A stretch of DNA of 64,000 bases from Mobula hypostoma (Eukaryota), in assembly GCF_963921235.1 (NCBI RefSeq), contig NC_086103.1:54374001-54438000 (forward strand), given 5' to 3'. Below, in pieces: positions 14,471 through 26,315 of the stretch (position 1 is the stretch's first letter; the number at the start of each line of letters is the position of its first letter). A program made the translations under genes and the position numbers. The notes beneath the pieces are model-generated. The model was not told the DNA's origin and did not search any database. It saw nothing but the letters and a program-made list of their open reading frames with translations.

Positions 14471-15345
14471 ATCACAAACAAGAGAACATCTGCAGATGCT
14501 GGAAATTCGAGCAACAAAATACTGGAGGAACTCAGCAGACCAGGCAGCATCTATGGAAAAAAAGTACAGTCGACATTTCAGGTCGAAACCCTTCGGCAGG
14601 ACTGGAGAAAAACAGCTGAGGAGTAGATTTAAAAGGTGGGGGAAGGGAGAGAGAAATACCAAGTGATAGGTGAAACCTGGAGGGGGAAAGATGAAGTAAA
14701 GAGCTGAAAAGTTGATTGGAGAAAGTGACAGGAGGCCACGGAAAGAAAAAGGGGGGAGCACCAGAGGGTGGGCAAGGAGATAAGATGATGGAGTGGTGAA
14801 GGAAGGGATGGGGGGCATTACTAGAAGTTTGAGAAATCAAATAAAATTGGGTGGCCATTGGGAGATCCTGCTTGTTCTGGGACTTGTTCTACCAGAACAA
14901 GCGGGATCACCCAGTGACCACCCATTTTAATTGCACTTCCCATTCCCATTCCGATAATGCCCATCCACCGCCGTGATGAGGCCACACTTAGACTGGTGGA
15001 ACACCAGATTATATTCTGTCTGCGTAGCCTCCAACCTGACAGAAACATCAATTTCTCAAACTTCCGGTAATAACCCCAAAACCCCTCCTTCACACTTTCC
15101 CATCCACTTTTCCCTCCCTCACCTTATTTCCACGCCCACCCATCACCTCCCTCCCCCTTTTACTTTCTTCCATGGCCTTCTGTCTCGTTCACCAATCAAT
15201 TTCCCAGCTCCATTTTTCATCCCTCCCCCTCCATGTTTCACCTGTCGCCTGGTGTTCCTCTCTCCCCTCCACCCATCTTTTAAATCTACTCATCAGTTTT
15301 TTTTCTCCAGTCCTGCCGAAGAGCTTCAGCCCAAAACTTCAACTG
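14471..15345. mobile_element. Penelope-like element 3' part with an inverted copy (14471-14840 minus; about 14900-15345 plus)
   Basis: Two oppositely oriented copies of the same 3' UTR, each ending in a hammerhead-like motif (14568-14603 minus, 15309-15344 plus). A GIY-YIG C-terminal remnant lies near 14910-15060. Confidence 0.75.
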
Positions 15346-16139
15346 AACTACAATCAGCTGTTCCCTCCGAAAACAAGGGACTTGGTGGAAAAATTCATCC
15401 AAATACTGGTGATGTGAGTTTTCTTAGTGATGTGAGTTTAGATGATTACAGTGGTCCAAATGCATGACTGTCTGCCAAGTGGCCTTATACTTTAGTAGAT
15501 AATTTTTAATTACATTTTCATTTTTATGAGTAAATAATGTGTTGCATGATTATCCAGGTTACAGAGCAGTATTAAGTCTTGTTATGAGGATTTGAAGTTA
15601 GCAAAAATAATAAAGTTCCCACCTCTGACAGATTACAGAGGTAATTGTCAGGAATTCTTAAGAGCTGCTTCTGTCCTAATGTACAGTACTGTGACAAAGT
15701 CTTAGACTCCCTGGCTATCTAATACATGCAGTAATCATATAGTACTGTAATAATCTGATGTGTTGCACTGTACTGCTGCCACAAAAAGGAAACAAATTTC
15801 ATGGCATACATGAGTGATTATGATGTGGTTTTCTGTAGTTGACTGCGAATGGTAAATGGGCAGGCAGAGGGGAATAATGGTTGGAAAAAAAGGGAGAGGG
15901 AAGCACCAGAGCGATATTCTGTAATGACAATAAATCAACTGTTTGACATTTAATGATGTTGCCTGGTATCTCAGGACTGAGTGCATCTGCACTCTCACCA
16001 CACCCCACCCCTGGCACTCACTCTCTGCTACATGTCTCACACCCTCCTGTGTCGCTCCACCCTCGCCAGTCCTGATATCCTTTGGTCCTGCTAGATTTAC
16101 AAATTCACGCTCCGCTCCACATTGACAAGTACAGTATTG

Positions 16140-16292
16140 NNNNNNNNNNNNNNNNNNNNNNNNNNNNNNNNNNNNNNNNNNNNNNNNNNNNNNNNNNNNN
16201 NNNNNNNNNNNNNNNNNNNNNNNNNNNNNNNNNNNNNNNNNNNNNNNNNNNNNNNNNNNNNNNNNNNNNNNNNNNNNNNNNNNNNNNNNNNN
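16140..16292. other. Assembly gap (153 N)
   Basis: Run of N. Confidence 1.
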
Positions 16293-18804
16293 CACAGCAC
16301 TGTACATATAGATAGGTTCCCTGTATTTTCATTGGAAATAGGAAGAACACCAGGGTATTTCCTATAGGCAAGGAGTTGGGTCAGAAAATATAATAGCTTA
16401 GTGTTATAAAACATTCATTTTTTTACACTGTAGGGTAAGTAATCTGAATAATTTCCCTACAGTGGCAATAAACATCCCATTGTTCTATTGCACAGAAATA
16501 TGGAAGGCTTCAAATTCAAGTTTATTGTCGTAGGCATACACACCCAGGATATACAGTAAATCACATGAAAACAAGTTTTTCGCAGCAGCTGCACTGTACA
16601 TTACAAGTATGACAAACATGAGTTAACTTAATCTTAAATTAACAGATCAGAATGTGTAAGCAAGACTCTCAAAAGCAAATTGGGTTGGAGTTAAATCACT
16701 TCTGTACCTGATAAGTGATTGCGAAAGAAAAAACAGAAAATCCAAGGAATCTTGCTTTCAAAAGAAATTTTAAATGTCAATATAAACATATTGAGGGAGC
16801 TTTTTCTTTAAAAAAAATGGAAAAATACAGAAGAGCTTCCAGGCTTTAAAAACAAAATATATCTATTTCACCATTGATGTCAATGGGATTCATAAACATA
16901 ACCTCTCCTCCTTTAAACTGAAAATGTTTTGGGAAAATGTTAAGATTTTTGTAAGGACTATAAATATAATTGTCATAATGGGAAATGTTATACAAAGGAA
17001 ATAAGAAATAGAATCTGTGAGCAATTTTGTCACAGCTTTGTATCAGTTAGCTAACTCAGGAAAACATGATTACAATGTAGCTGGTCTGGAAAATGATAAA
17101 CTGCCGAAAATGCTTCAAGTGAGCCCTAACCATACACATGAGAGGGCAAGACTGCAGGCAAGACAGATTGAAACTGTTTAACAGCAACAGGGAGTACTTT
17201 AAAGCTAGCTTGATGGGAAAGCAAATGTAAATTGGAAGAAGGCACAAAAAAAAACAATCTACAAGGAGTCTCTGCTAAATTATCCCCTGGTGTTAAATTT
17301 CAATTGGAGAAAATCTTTAAATAAACAAGTGCCCATAATCATTGATGGAATTCATCACTTCACCAGAGAGGATATATCTCAATCAAGATTAGTGGCAGAT
17401 ATGTCAGTGTGGGCATTTCTATGCTATTTGCTGGTAGTAGGAAAGAAACCAATAAATACCTGTGGAGACCCATTCCTTGTTCTAATCATGCTCTGGCTGA
17501 AGGAACCTGCCCTTTCCCTTCCTAATTCTCATAAAACCATAAAATAGATGCCTCCTTGTTATAGATGCCATGGTTGCCACACTATGTGCTCTCCAATGTC
17601 TGTCTTATGTTTTCTAGTATTATGAAATCTATCAAGCCAATTTTTAAACCAATTTATTTCCATTTACTTTTAGTGTTGTTCATAGAAACTATCCTCCAAC
17701 TCCTTTCATCATCTATACTACTCTTCACATTATAGGGAAATACCAGCTGGTGAGAGAGAAAAAATGGATGAAATTTCATCTAATACTCCAATTTTGGCAG
17801 TTCTTATAGTTTATGGAGATCAAATATCATCATTTATATATGCACAAGGAAAACCATTGTTTATAAAGTACCATTTATTTTTAACTGCCTTTTCCACCTG
17901 TATTCCTGAAGAAGAATTCAATCAGAGTGCAAGTGAAGTAAATACATTTATTATGGATCTTATTCTGCTCTCACCCATCTTCCAGACCCACTTCTCTGTC
18001 TCTGCCACCTTTTACTAGGTCTGACATATCCAATGTGTTGGCCAGAATAAAGCAAGGATAACAATAATCTCTCCAAATCAATGCTCTGTCAGGCATAGGA
18101 GATCTGAAAGCTAATTTAAGTAAATAAACAACTGAGAGTAGACTGTGAAGGCACCAGGCAGAAATATCTGATGATATAATTAAAAAATGCCTTAAATAAT
18201 AAGTGTCAAATCAGAGCCATGAGCCTTTTCACTCATTAATTCCCAATCAAAGTAAGTTTATCTGAAGATCAGTACATGTGGATTAGCACAACTGTTGGAT
18301 GTCAGAAATCTGGTGCAAAAATGTCCCAGCTTTTGATGTTCTATTCTTCACCACCTCATGAGATACTATAGGACTGGGAGCTCAGTTGGTATTCACGTTT
18401 GGTTCTGAACTTTAATGTATCAGTAAGAGCCAGGATTCCCTCTGGCATTATTAGGTAGTTGCTCTGCATAATATCCAGGCAGTAAACAAATAGCACAGGT
18501 CGTAGCTACATATCTATCATGCTATAATGAGGAGACAGCAGCAATTTGATAAGTTGACTGAATCAATGAAACAGGAAAATGAATCAGACACTTTACTTTT
18601 GATTTCTCATTTTCATTATTTTACAGTTCATTTCTACCACATCAAAAGATCATTGGGGTGCCACAGCAGCATAGCAGTTAGCATAGTGCTATTGCAGCTT
18701 GGGGCGTCAGAGTTCAGAGTTCAATCCTGGCATCCTCTGTACGTCCTCTGTGTGGAATGTGTGGGTTTTCCCCGAGTGCTCTGGTTTCCTCTTACAGTCC
18801 AAAG

Positions 18805-19874
18805 TGTCATGGTCTGGTCTGTGAAGTCCGCATTCCGGTTCATGGTCCAGTCCATCAACCCTTGCTCCAGGTTTTCCTGTCTAACTCGTTTCTGTTCCTG
18901 TTGAGCACGAATTGAGGCAGCTGATTCTCGTTGGGCTGGCTGCATAAATACCTCCAGAGACCAGGGCTTGGCTGCTGAATTGTTCTTGTCCTTACTCCTT
19001 GTATCGCTTCCCCTGCCTTCTGTTTCCTCGCCTGAAGCCTTGCTTTGTTTTGCCAGTAACTGTCGCCTCGCCTGAAGTTCTGGTCTCGCCTTGCATTGCC
19101 TGAAGACTTGCCTTGTCTTGCTGGTAACTCTCGCCTCGTCTCGCCTGAAGTCTTGTCTTGGAGCCACCCTGTACCCAGCTCCCTTCCTGTCCCTTGCCTC
19201 CACTGGGTAAGTCAGGCCAGATTGCCGTTACCTTGCAATGGGTCCTGTCCCTACCTGTCCCTTGCCTCCGTCGGGTAAACCAAGGCAGATTGCCATTACC
19301 CTGCGGTGGATCCTGTCCCTTCCTGTCCCTTGCCTCCGTCGGGTAAGCCAGGCCAGATTGCTGTTACCCTGTGGTGGGTTCTGTCCCTTCCTGTTCCTTG
19401 TCTCCGTCGGTTGGAGATCCGCGCCCTGCACAGGAGTACCGCACCCTGCCCAGGAGGAGCTTCAAGACCCCAAGTCTCTTGCCAAGCCTCGCCTCAAGTC
19501 TCCAGCCAAGCCTCATCCCAAGACAAGCTTCAAGACCCCAAGCCTCAAGTCTCTGGCCTCCAGCCTCGCCTCAAGTCTCTGGTCATAAGCATCACCTCAA
19601 GTCTGAAGACTCCAGCCTTGTCCTGCGCCAACCAAGTCACATCCTTGTCTAGTTCTGGGATCTGAGCCAGAGGCAAGACCCAGGTTCTGGGTCCTTGTCC
19701 AGTCTCTGGCTCATAATCCAAGCCCTGGCTCCTAGCTCTCTTGTCCAGTCCTGTTCCGGGTTTCCAGGTTTTCGTGTCCATGTCCTAGCCCTACCCTGTA
19801 TCCTAGTCCTGTCCCTAGTACTTCAGTGTCTGTGTCTTGCACTTGGGTCCATTCCCAGCCACCACCGTATGACA
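18805..19874 (+). repeat. 5' LTR (1070 bp), with three 68-bp internal repeats
   Basis: TG..CA termini. TATA-like CATAAATA at about 18943-18950. Repeat units start at 19205, 19273 and 19341. Confidence 0.9.
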
Positions 19875-20037
19875 GAACGATCCAGCCAACCATAGACCCA
19901 GCGACACAGACACTGTCGTTTTCCTCTTGCCACCCGGGGTTCCCTTCTGTTAAGTACCCTCCCACCTGCTCAGGTCATCCATAGTCTGGATAGCCTGTTT
20001 GGTCACCAGGAGGCTCCCGTGGGGGCAGGGGGGGTAG

Positions 20038-21172
20038 TGTCATGGTCCAGTCCATGAAGTCCGCATTCCGGTTCACAGTCCGGTCCATCAACCCTTGCTC
20101 CAGGTTTTCCTGTCTACCCTGTTTCTGTTTCTGTTGAGCACTAATTGAGGCAGCTGATGCTCGTTGGGGCTGGCTGCATAAATACCTCCAGAGACCAGGG
20201 CTTGGCTGCTGGATTGTTCTTGTCCTTACTCCTTGTATCCCTTCCCCTGCCTTCTGTTTCCTCACCTGAAGCCTTGCCTTGTCTTGCCAGTAACTCTCAC
20301 CTCCCCTGAAGTTCTTGTCTGGCCTTGCAATGCCTGAAGCCTTGCCTTATCTTGCTGGTAACTCTCGCCTATTCTCGCCTGAAGTCTTGTCTTGGAGCCA
20401 CCCTGTACCTAGCTCCCTTCCTGTCCCCTGCCTCCACCGGATAAGTCAGGCCAGATTGCCATTACTCTGCGGTGGGTCCTGTCCCCACCTGTCCCTTGCC
20501 TCCATCGGGTAAGCCAGGCCAGATTGCTGTTACCCTGTGGTGGGATCTGTCCCTTCCTGTCCCTTGCCTCTGTTGGGTGGGGATCCGTGCCCTGCCCAGG
20601 AGGAGCTTCAAGACCCCAAGCCTCTAGCCAATCCTCGCCTCAAATCTCTAGCCAATCCTCGCCTCAAATCTCTAGCCAATCCTCGCCTCAAATCTCTAGT
20701 CAAGCCTCTCCTGAAGTCTCTAGTCAAGCCTCTCCCCAAGCCAAGTTTCAAGACCTCAAGCCTCAAGTCTCTGGCCTCCAGCCTTGCCTCAAGTCTCTGG
20801 CCTACAGCCTGGCCTCAAATCTCTAGCCAAGCCTCGCCCCGAGCCAAGCTTCAAGACCCCAAGCCTCAAGTCTCTGGCCTCCAACCTCCCCTCAAGTCTG
20901 AAGACTCCAGCCTCATCCTGCTTGCCAGCCAAGTCATGTCCTTGTCTAGTTCTGGGGTCTGAGCCAAAGGCAAGACCCAGGTTCTGGGTCCTTGTCCAGT
21001 CTCTGGGTCGGAGTCCAAGCCCTGGCTCCTAGCTCTCTTGTCCAGTCCTGTTCCGGGTTCCCGGGTTTTTGTGTCCATGTCCTAGCTCTCACTCTGTATC
21101 CTAGTCCTGTCCCTAGTACGTCAGTGTCTGTGTCATGCACTTGGGTCCGTTCCCAGCCACCACCTTATGACA
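20038..21172 (+). repeat. 3' LTR (1135 bp), with two 68-bp repeats and an expanded 24-bp tandem array
   Basis: TG..CA termini. CTCTAGCCAATCCTCGCCTCAAAT x3 at 20622-20693, followed by degenerate copies. Confidence 0.9.
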
Positions 21173-21647
21173 CAAAGATGAACCGGGTAGGTTAATCAGT
21201 CATTGTAAATAATCTTGTGATTGTGTTCAGGTTAAATTGCAGTTGTAGGGGATTGCTGGGTGGTGAGGCTTGAAGGGCCAGAAGAGCCTATTCCATGCTG
21301 TATCTCTAAATAAATAAATACTATACAACATTATACAACATCTGAAATTATTCTTGGGTTTGGTTATAAACTTCCATATATTTGCTAAAAGAAGGTAGAT
21401 TCACTCAAATCATTACAAGCCCCAGGCATTTACAAGGTTCAAAATGATAAACAGTGCACATCATAAAGAATTTTCTTAGAGCTGAAACCTTCACGTTTGG
21501 AGACTGAGCTACTACAGTGGTAACCTTCGCAGAAACACCAATGAGCAAACAGGAAGAACATAGCATACAATTTTCAGTTCCCTTCCTCACTGTTCCTCCC
21601 CTCCATAACTGTTACTGACTGCCATCATAAAGTTCAGACAAATGATA

Positions 21648-24185
21648 ATAGACAATAGACAATAGGTGCAGGAGTAGGCCATTCAGCCCTTCGAGCCAGA
21701 ACAGCCATTCGCTGTGATCATGGTTGATCATCCACAATCAGTACCCTTTTCCTGCCTTCTCCCCATATCCCTTCACTCCACTATCTTTAAGACATCTATC
21801 TAACTCTTTCTTGAAAGAATCCAGAGAATCGGCCTCCACTGCCTTCTGAGGCAGAGCATTCCACAGAACCACAACCCTCTATTTGAAAAAGTTTTTCCTC
21901 AACTCCATTCTAAATGGTCTACCCCTTATTCTTAAACTGTGGCCTCTGGTTCTGGACTCCCCCAACATCGGGAACATGTTTCCTGCCTCTAGCGTGTCCA
22001 ATCCCTTAATAAACTTGTATGTTTCAATCAGATCCCCTCTCATCCTTCTAAATTCCAGTGTATACAAGCCCAGTTGCTCCAATCTTTCAACATATGACAG
22101 TCCCGTCATCCTGGGCATTAACCTCGTGAACCTACGTTGCACTCCCTTGATAGCTAGAATGTCCTTACACAAATTTGGAGACCAAAACTGTACACAATAC
22201 TCCAGGTGTGGTCTCACCAGGGCCCTGTACAACTGCAGAAGGACCTCTTTGCTCCTATACTCAAATCCCCTTGTTATGAAGGCCAACACGCCATTAGCTT
22301 TCTTCACTGCCTGCTGTACCTGCATGCCTACTTTAAGTGACTGACGAACAAGGATACCTAGATCTCGTTGTACTTCCCCTTTTCCTAACTTGACACCATT
22401 CAGATAGTAATCTGCCTTTCTGTTCTTCCCACCAAAGTGGATAACCTCACACTTATCCACATTAAACTGCATCTGCACACTCACCCAACCTGTCCAAGTC
22501 ACCCTGCATTCTCATAACATCCTCCGCACATTTCACACCGTCACCCAGCTTTGTGTCATCTGCAAATTTGCTAATGTTACTTTTAGTCCCTTCATCTAAA
22601 TGATTAATGTATATTGTAAACAGCTGCAGTCCCAGCACCAAGCCTTGCGGTACCCCAATAGTCACTGCCTGCCATTCTGAAAAGGACCCATTAATCCCTA
22701 CTCTTTGTTTCCTGTCTGCCAACAAATTTTCTATTCATGTCAATACCCTACCCCCAATATCATTTGCTCTAATTTAGCCCACTAACCTCTTATGTGGGAC
22801 CTTATCAAAGGCTTTCTGGAAGTCCAGGTACACTACATCCATTGGTTCTCCCTTGACCATTTTCATAGTTACATTCTCAAAAAATTCCAGAAGATTAGTC
22901 AAGCATGATTTCCCCTTCGTAAATTCATGTTGACTCGGACCTATCCTTCTACTGCTATCCAAATATGCCGCTATTTCATCTTTTATAATTGATTCCAGCA
23001 TCTTCCCCACCACTGATGTCAGATTAACTGGTCTATAATTGCCTGTTTTCTCTCTCCCTCCTTTGTTAAAAAGTGGGATAACATTAGCTACCCTCCAATC
23101 TGCAGGAACTGATCCTGAATCTATAGAACATTGGAAAATGATTACCAATGCATCCACGATTTCTAGAGCCACCTCCTTAAGTACCCTGGGATGCAGACCG
23201 TCAGGCCCTGGGGATTTAGCAGCCTTCATTCCCATCAGTTTACCCAGCACCATTTTCTGCCTGATGCGAATTTCCTTCAGTTCCTCTGTTACCCTGGGTC
23301 CCCTGGCCACTGTTACATCTGGAAGATTGTCTGTGTCCTCCCTAGTGAAGACAGATCCAAAGCACCTGTTCAACTCGTCTGCCATTTCCTTGTTCTCCAT
23401 AAAAATTTCACTCGTTTCGGTCTTCAAGGGCCCAACTTTGGTCTTATCTAATTTTTTCCTCTTCACATACCTAAAGAAGCTTTTACTATCCTCCTTTATG
23501 TTCTTGGCTAGCTTACCTTCGTACCTCATCTTTTCCCCCTGTATTGCCTTTTTGGTTATCTTCTGTTGCTCCTTAAAAGTCTCCCAATCTTCTGGCTTCC
23601 CGCTCATCCTTGCTATGTTATACGTCCTCTCTTTTATTTTTATACTGTCCTTGACTTCCTTTGTCATCCACGGTCGCCCCTTACTCCCCTTAGAATCTTT
23701 CTTCCTCTTTGGAATGAACTGATCCTGCACCCTCTGTATTATTCCCAGAAATACCTGCCATTGTTGTTCCACTGTCATCCCTGCTAGGGTATCTTTCCAG
23801 TCAACTTTGGCCAGCGCTTCCCTCATGGGTCCATAGTCCCCTTTGTTCAACTGTAATACTGACATTTCTGATCTTCCCTTCTCCCTCTCAAATTATAGAT
23901 TAAAACTTATCATATTATGGTCAGTACCTCCTAATGGCTCCTTTACCTCGAGTTCCCTTATCAAATCTGGCTCATTACACAACACTAGATCCAGAATTGC
24001 CTTCTCCCTGGTAGACTCTAATACAAGCTGCTCTAAGAATCCATCTCTGAGGCATTCCACAAATTCCCTTTCTCGGGGTCCAGTACCAACCTAATTTTCC
24101 CAGTCTACCTGCATGTTGAAATCCCCCATAACAACCGTAGAATTACCTTTGCGACATGCCAATTTTAACTCTTGATTTAACTTGA
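21648..24185 (-). mobile_element. CR1 LINE, 5'-truncated, relatively young, with few frameshifts
   Basis: ORFs 22774-23865 (KSPGPDGLHPRVLKE..NYRPVNLTS..YLDFQKAFDKVPH), 22462-22725 (GVPQG..SKFADDTKL) and 21879-22502. Tandem tail at 21648-21665. Confidence 0.95.
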
Positions 24186-24499
24186 TGGTGATGAGCGCAC
24201 TATTATTTATTTTCTCATTGCCATCATTCCAGGCCTACACAACTATGACAGCAGATTTAGTGCTTGCAGTTAGACACACGTAGCTGGATTTGTTCAGGGA
24301 TGATACACCATATGCTTTGATGCCAATTGTTATACACAATAGTAATTTTAAATAAGTATTAACTACCAAGTCCCTGGAAATCTTCACTGATACATTTTAA
24401 CTAGTTAACTGAATTTTACTTTAATATTACATGTAGTGCTAATTATTTGAATGACTAATTAGCTGTTTTTCAATTGATGTCGGTGAGGTGTGTTTCTAA

Positions 24500-24885
24500 T
24501 TGCACCACCACTCTCTGTGTAAAAACAACTTACCTCTGACACCCCCTATACTTTCCTCCAATCACCTGAAAATTATGCCCCTCGTGTTAGTCACTTCCAC
24601 CGTGGGACGATGTCTCTGGCTGTCCACTCAGTCTACGGCTCATATGATCTTGTATACCTCTACCAACTCACACCTCATCCTCCATTACTGTAAAGAAAAA
24701 TGACCTAACTCGCTCAATCTATCCTGCTATCCAATACAGACAGCATCTTGCTAAATCTCCTCTGAACCCTCTCAAAATTTTTCACATCCTTCCTATAATG
24801 AAACAACCAGAATTAAATACAATATTCCAAGAGCAGTCAATCAGAGTTGCATAAAGCCACAACAACAACTCACAACTCCTGAATC
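24500..24885 (-). mobile_element. Decayed CR1 3' fragment
   Basis: Similar to the CR1 3' regions at 45850-46530 and 56068-56600. Confidence 0.7.
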
Positions 24886-25373
24886 CAACCCGCAGAATAA
24901 CAGAGAGTGCTGGAAACACTCAACAGGGCAGGTAGCAAAGAGAAATTAAGTTAACTTCCTTCCATCCTGCCTCCTGTGAGGACTCCATTCCATTATCCTC
25001 ACTCCTTCATCTCCTTTGGATTGAGTGCGGTGGTGAAGCTCATCACAAATGTTCCTACTTTCTGAACCATAGCTTCCCCTCTACCATAGGTGACAGAGCA
25101 GTTGATCACTTCTCCTCTTTTTACCACACCTTTACTCTGATTCCTTCTCCAGAGCATTGATTGACTTCCCTTGATGCTTAGCTTCAACCCCATCAGCCTC
25201 CACTTTCAATAGGTCATCCCCTGCAATTTCAGCCAGTTCCAATGAGATGCCATCATTCAACGCACCTCTCTTTCTCCTCAACCTCCTCTCTGCTTTGCTC
25301 ATCTGCCTCAACCATTGATGGTCTAAACTACCCCATGCATTGCAGGAGAAATAATGCCTATTTATTTACCTCT

Positions 25374-25594
25374 AGGCAACACACATCAAAGTTGCTGGTG
25401 AACACAGCAGGCCAGGCAGCATCTCTAGGAAGAGATACAGTCGATGTTTCGGGCTGAGACCCTTCGTCAGGACTACGGCCCGAAACGTCGACTGTACCTC
25501 TTCCTAGAGATGCTGCCTGGCCTGCTGCGTTCACCAGCAACTTTGATGTGTGTTGCTTGAATTTCCAGCATCTGCAGAATTCCTCATGTTTACG
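25374..25594. mobile_element. 221-bp mini Penelope-like insertion: fold-back of two PLE termini
   Basis: Inverted arms of about 80 bp at 25376-25455 and 25478-25556. Flanked by a perfect 15-bp direct repeat TATTTATTTACCTCT (25359-25373 and 25595-25609). Confidence 0.85.
25439..25474 (-). ncRNA. Minimal type I hammerhead ribozyme motif (PLE-type)
   Basis: Minus strand reads AGUC-CUGACGA-A-GGG ucucag CCC-GAAA-CA-UC-GACU: stem I AGUC/GACU, intact CUGANGA and GAAA boxes, stem II, and a minimal stem III. Confidence 0.75.
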
Positions 25595-26315
25595 TATTTA
25601 TTTACCTCTTTCCTTTTGCAATCCAGTAGCCCAATTAGTCCTTCCAGCTGAAACAATGATTTCCTTGGACTTCGCCTAGTCTAGTGTATGGCATTTAGTT
25701 TTTGAAACACTGTATTGTCTCCTCAACACTGGAGAAACCAACACATACTGAGTGATTACTTTGTGAGTATTGAGCTTCCTGTTGTCTGACTTCAATTCTC
25801 CATTTTTATCCAACCTTTCATAATGAGGGCCAGTATAAGCTGGAGGAATAGCACCAGTCCATTCATCTGGGCATATAGAATTTTGTTCATTAACGGAACT
25901 CTCACTGTCTGCATCAGAACTCACCACTACATGAATAACAAAGAAACATAGAAACACAGAAAATCTACAGCACCATATGGGCCCTTCAGCCCACAAAGCT
26001 GTGCTGAACATGTCCTTACCTGAGAAATTACCTAGGGTTACCCATCGTATACGACCCTGTCGTATCCGCCTCCACCACAGTCGCTGGCAGCCCATTCCAC
26101 GTACTCACCACTCTCTGCGTAAAAAACTTACCCTGACATCTCCTCTGTACCGACTTCCAAGCACCTTAAAACTGTGCCCTCTGGTGCTAGCCATTTCAGC
26201 CTTGAGAAAAAGCCTCTGACTATCCACACAATCAATGTCTCTCATCATCTTATACACCTCTATCAGGTCACCTCTCATCCTCTGTCACTCCAAGGAAAAA
26301 AGGCTGAGTTCACTC

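Larger units (their letters stand above)
18805..21172 (+). mobile_element. Non-autonomous Tf1/sushi-type LTR retrotransposon (LTR - 163 bp - LTR)
   Basis: Direct repeats 18805-19874 and 20038-21172, both TGTCA...TGACA. 5-bp TSD CAAAG at 18800-18804 and 21173-21177. Polypurine tract (PPT) GGGGGCAGGGGGGGTAG at 20021-20037. Relic gag start ATAGACCCAGCG (MDPA-like) at 19892. Confidence 0.92.
18655..21320 (+). mobile_element. tRNA-derived V-SINE (HE1-like), split by an LTR element into 18655-18804 and 21178-21320
   Basis: tRNA-like head with a B-box-like GAGTTCAATCC. V-domain-like core GTGGGTTTTCCCCGAGTGCTCTGGTTTCCTCTTACAGTCCAAAG|ATG. CR1-like tail GAAGGGCCAGAAGAGCCTATTCCATGCTGTATCTC(TAAA)n. Confidence 0.8.
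24890..25910 (+). mobile_element. Old Penelope-like element remnant (GIY-YIG region), host of the mini-PLE insertion
   Basis: Decayed sequence on both sides of the insert reads like the PLE endonuclease region (CCCCATGCATTGCAGGAGA..., CTCAACACTGGAGAAACCAAAC). Confidence 0.55.

Noticed and set aside
14445-15420. Possible host exon (TTTTAACAG acceptor at 14453, GTGAGT donor at about 15414) interrupted by the PLE
   Set aside because: The reconstructed peptides match no protein I recognise, the junction is ambiguous, and no phase-compatible neighbouring exon was found.
15735-16414. ORFs spanning the N run
   Set aside because: They are open only because of undefined bases.
19205-20900. Tandem repeats as a CRISPR-like array
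   Set aside because: Units are directly adjacent with no unique spacers, the context is a eukaryotic LTR, and there are no cas genes.
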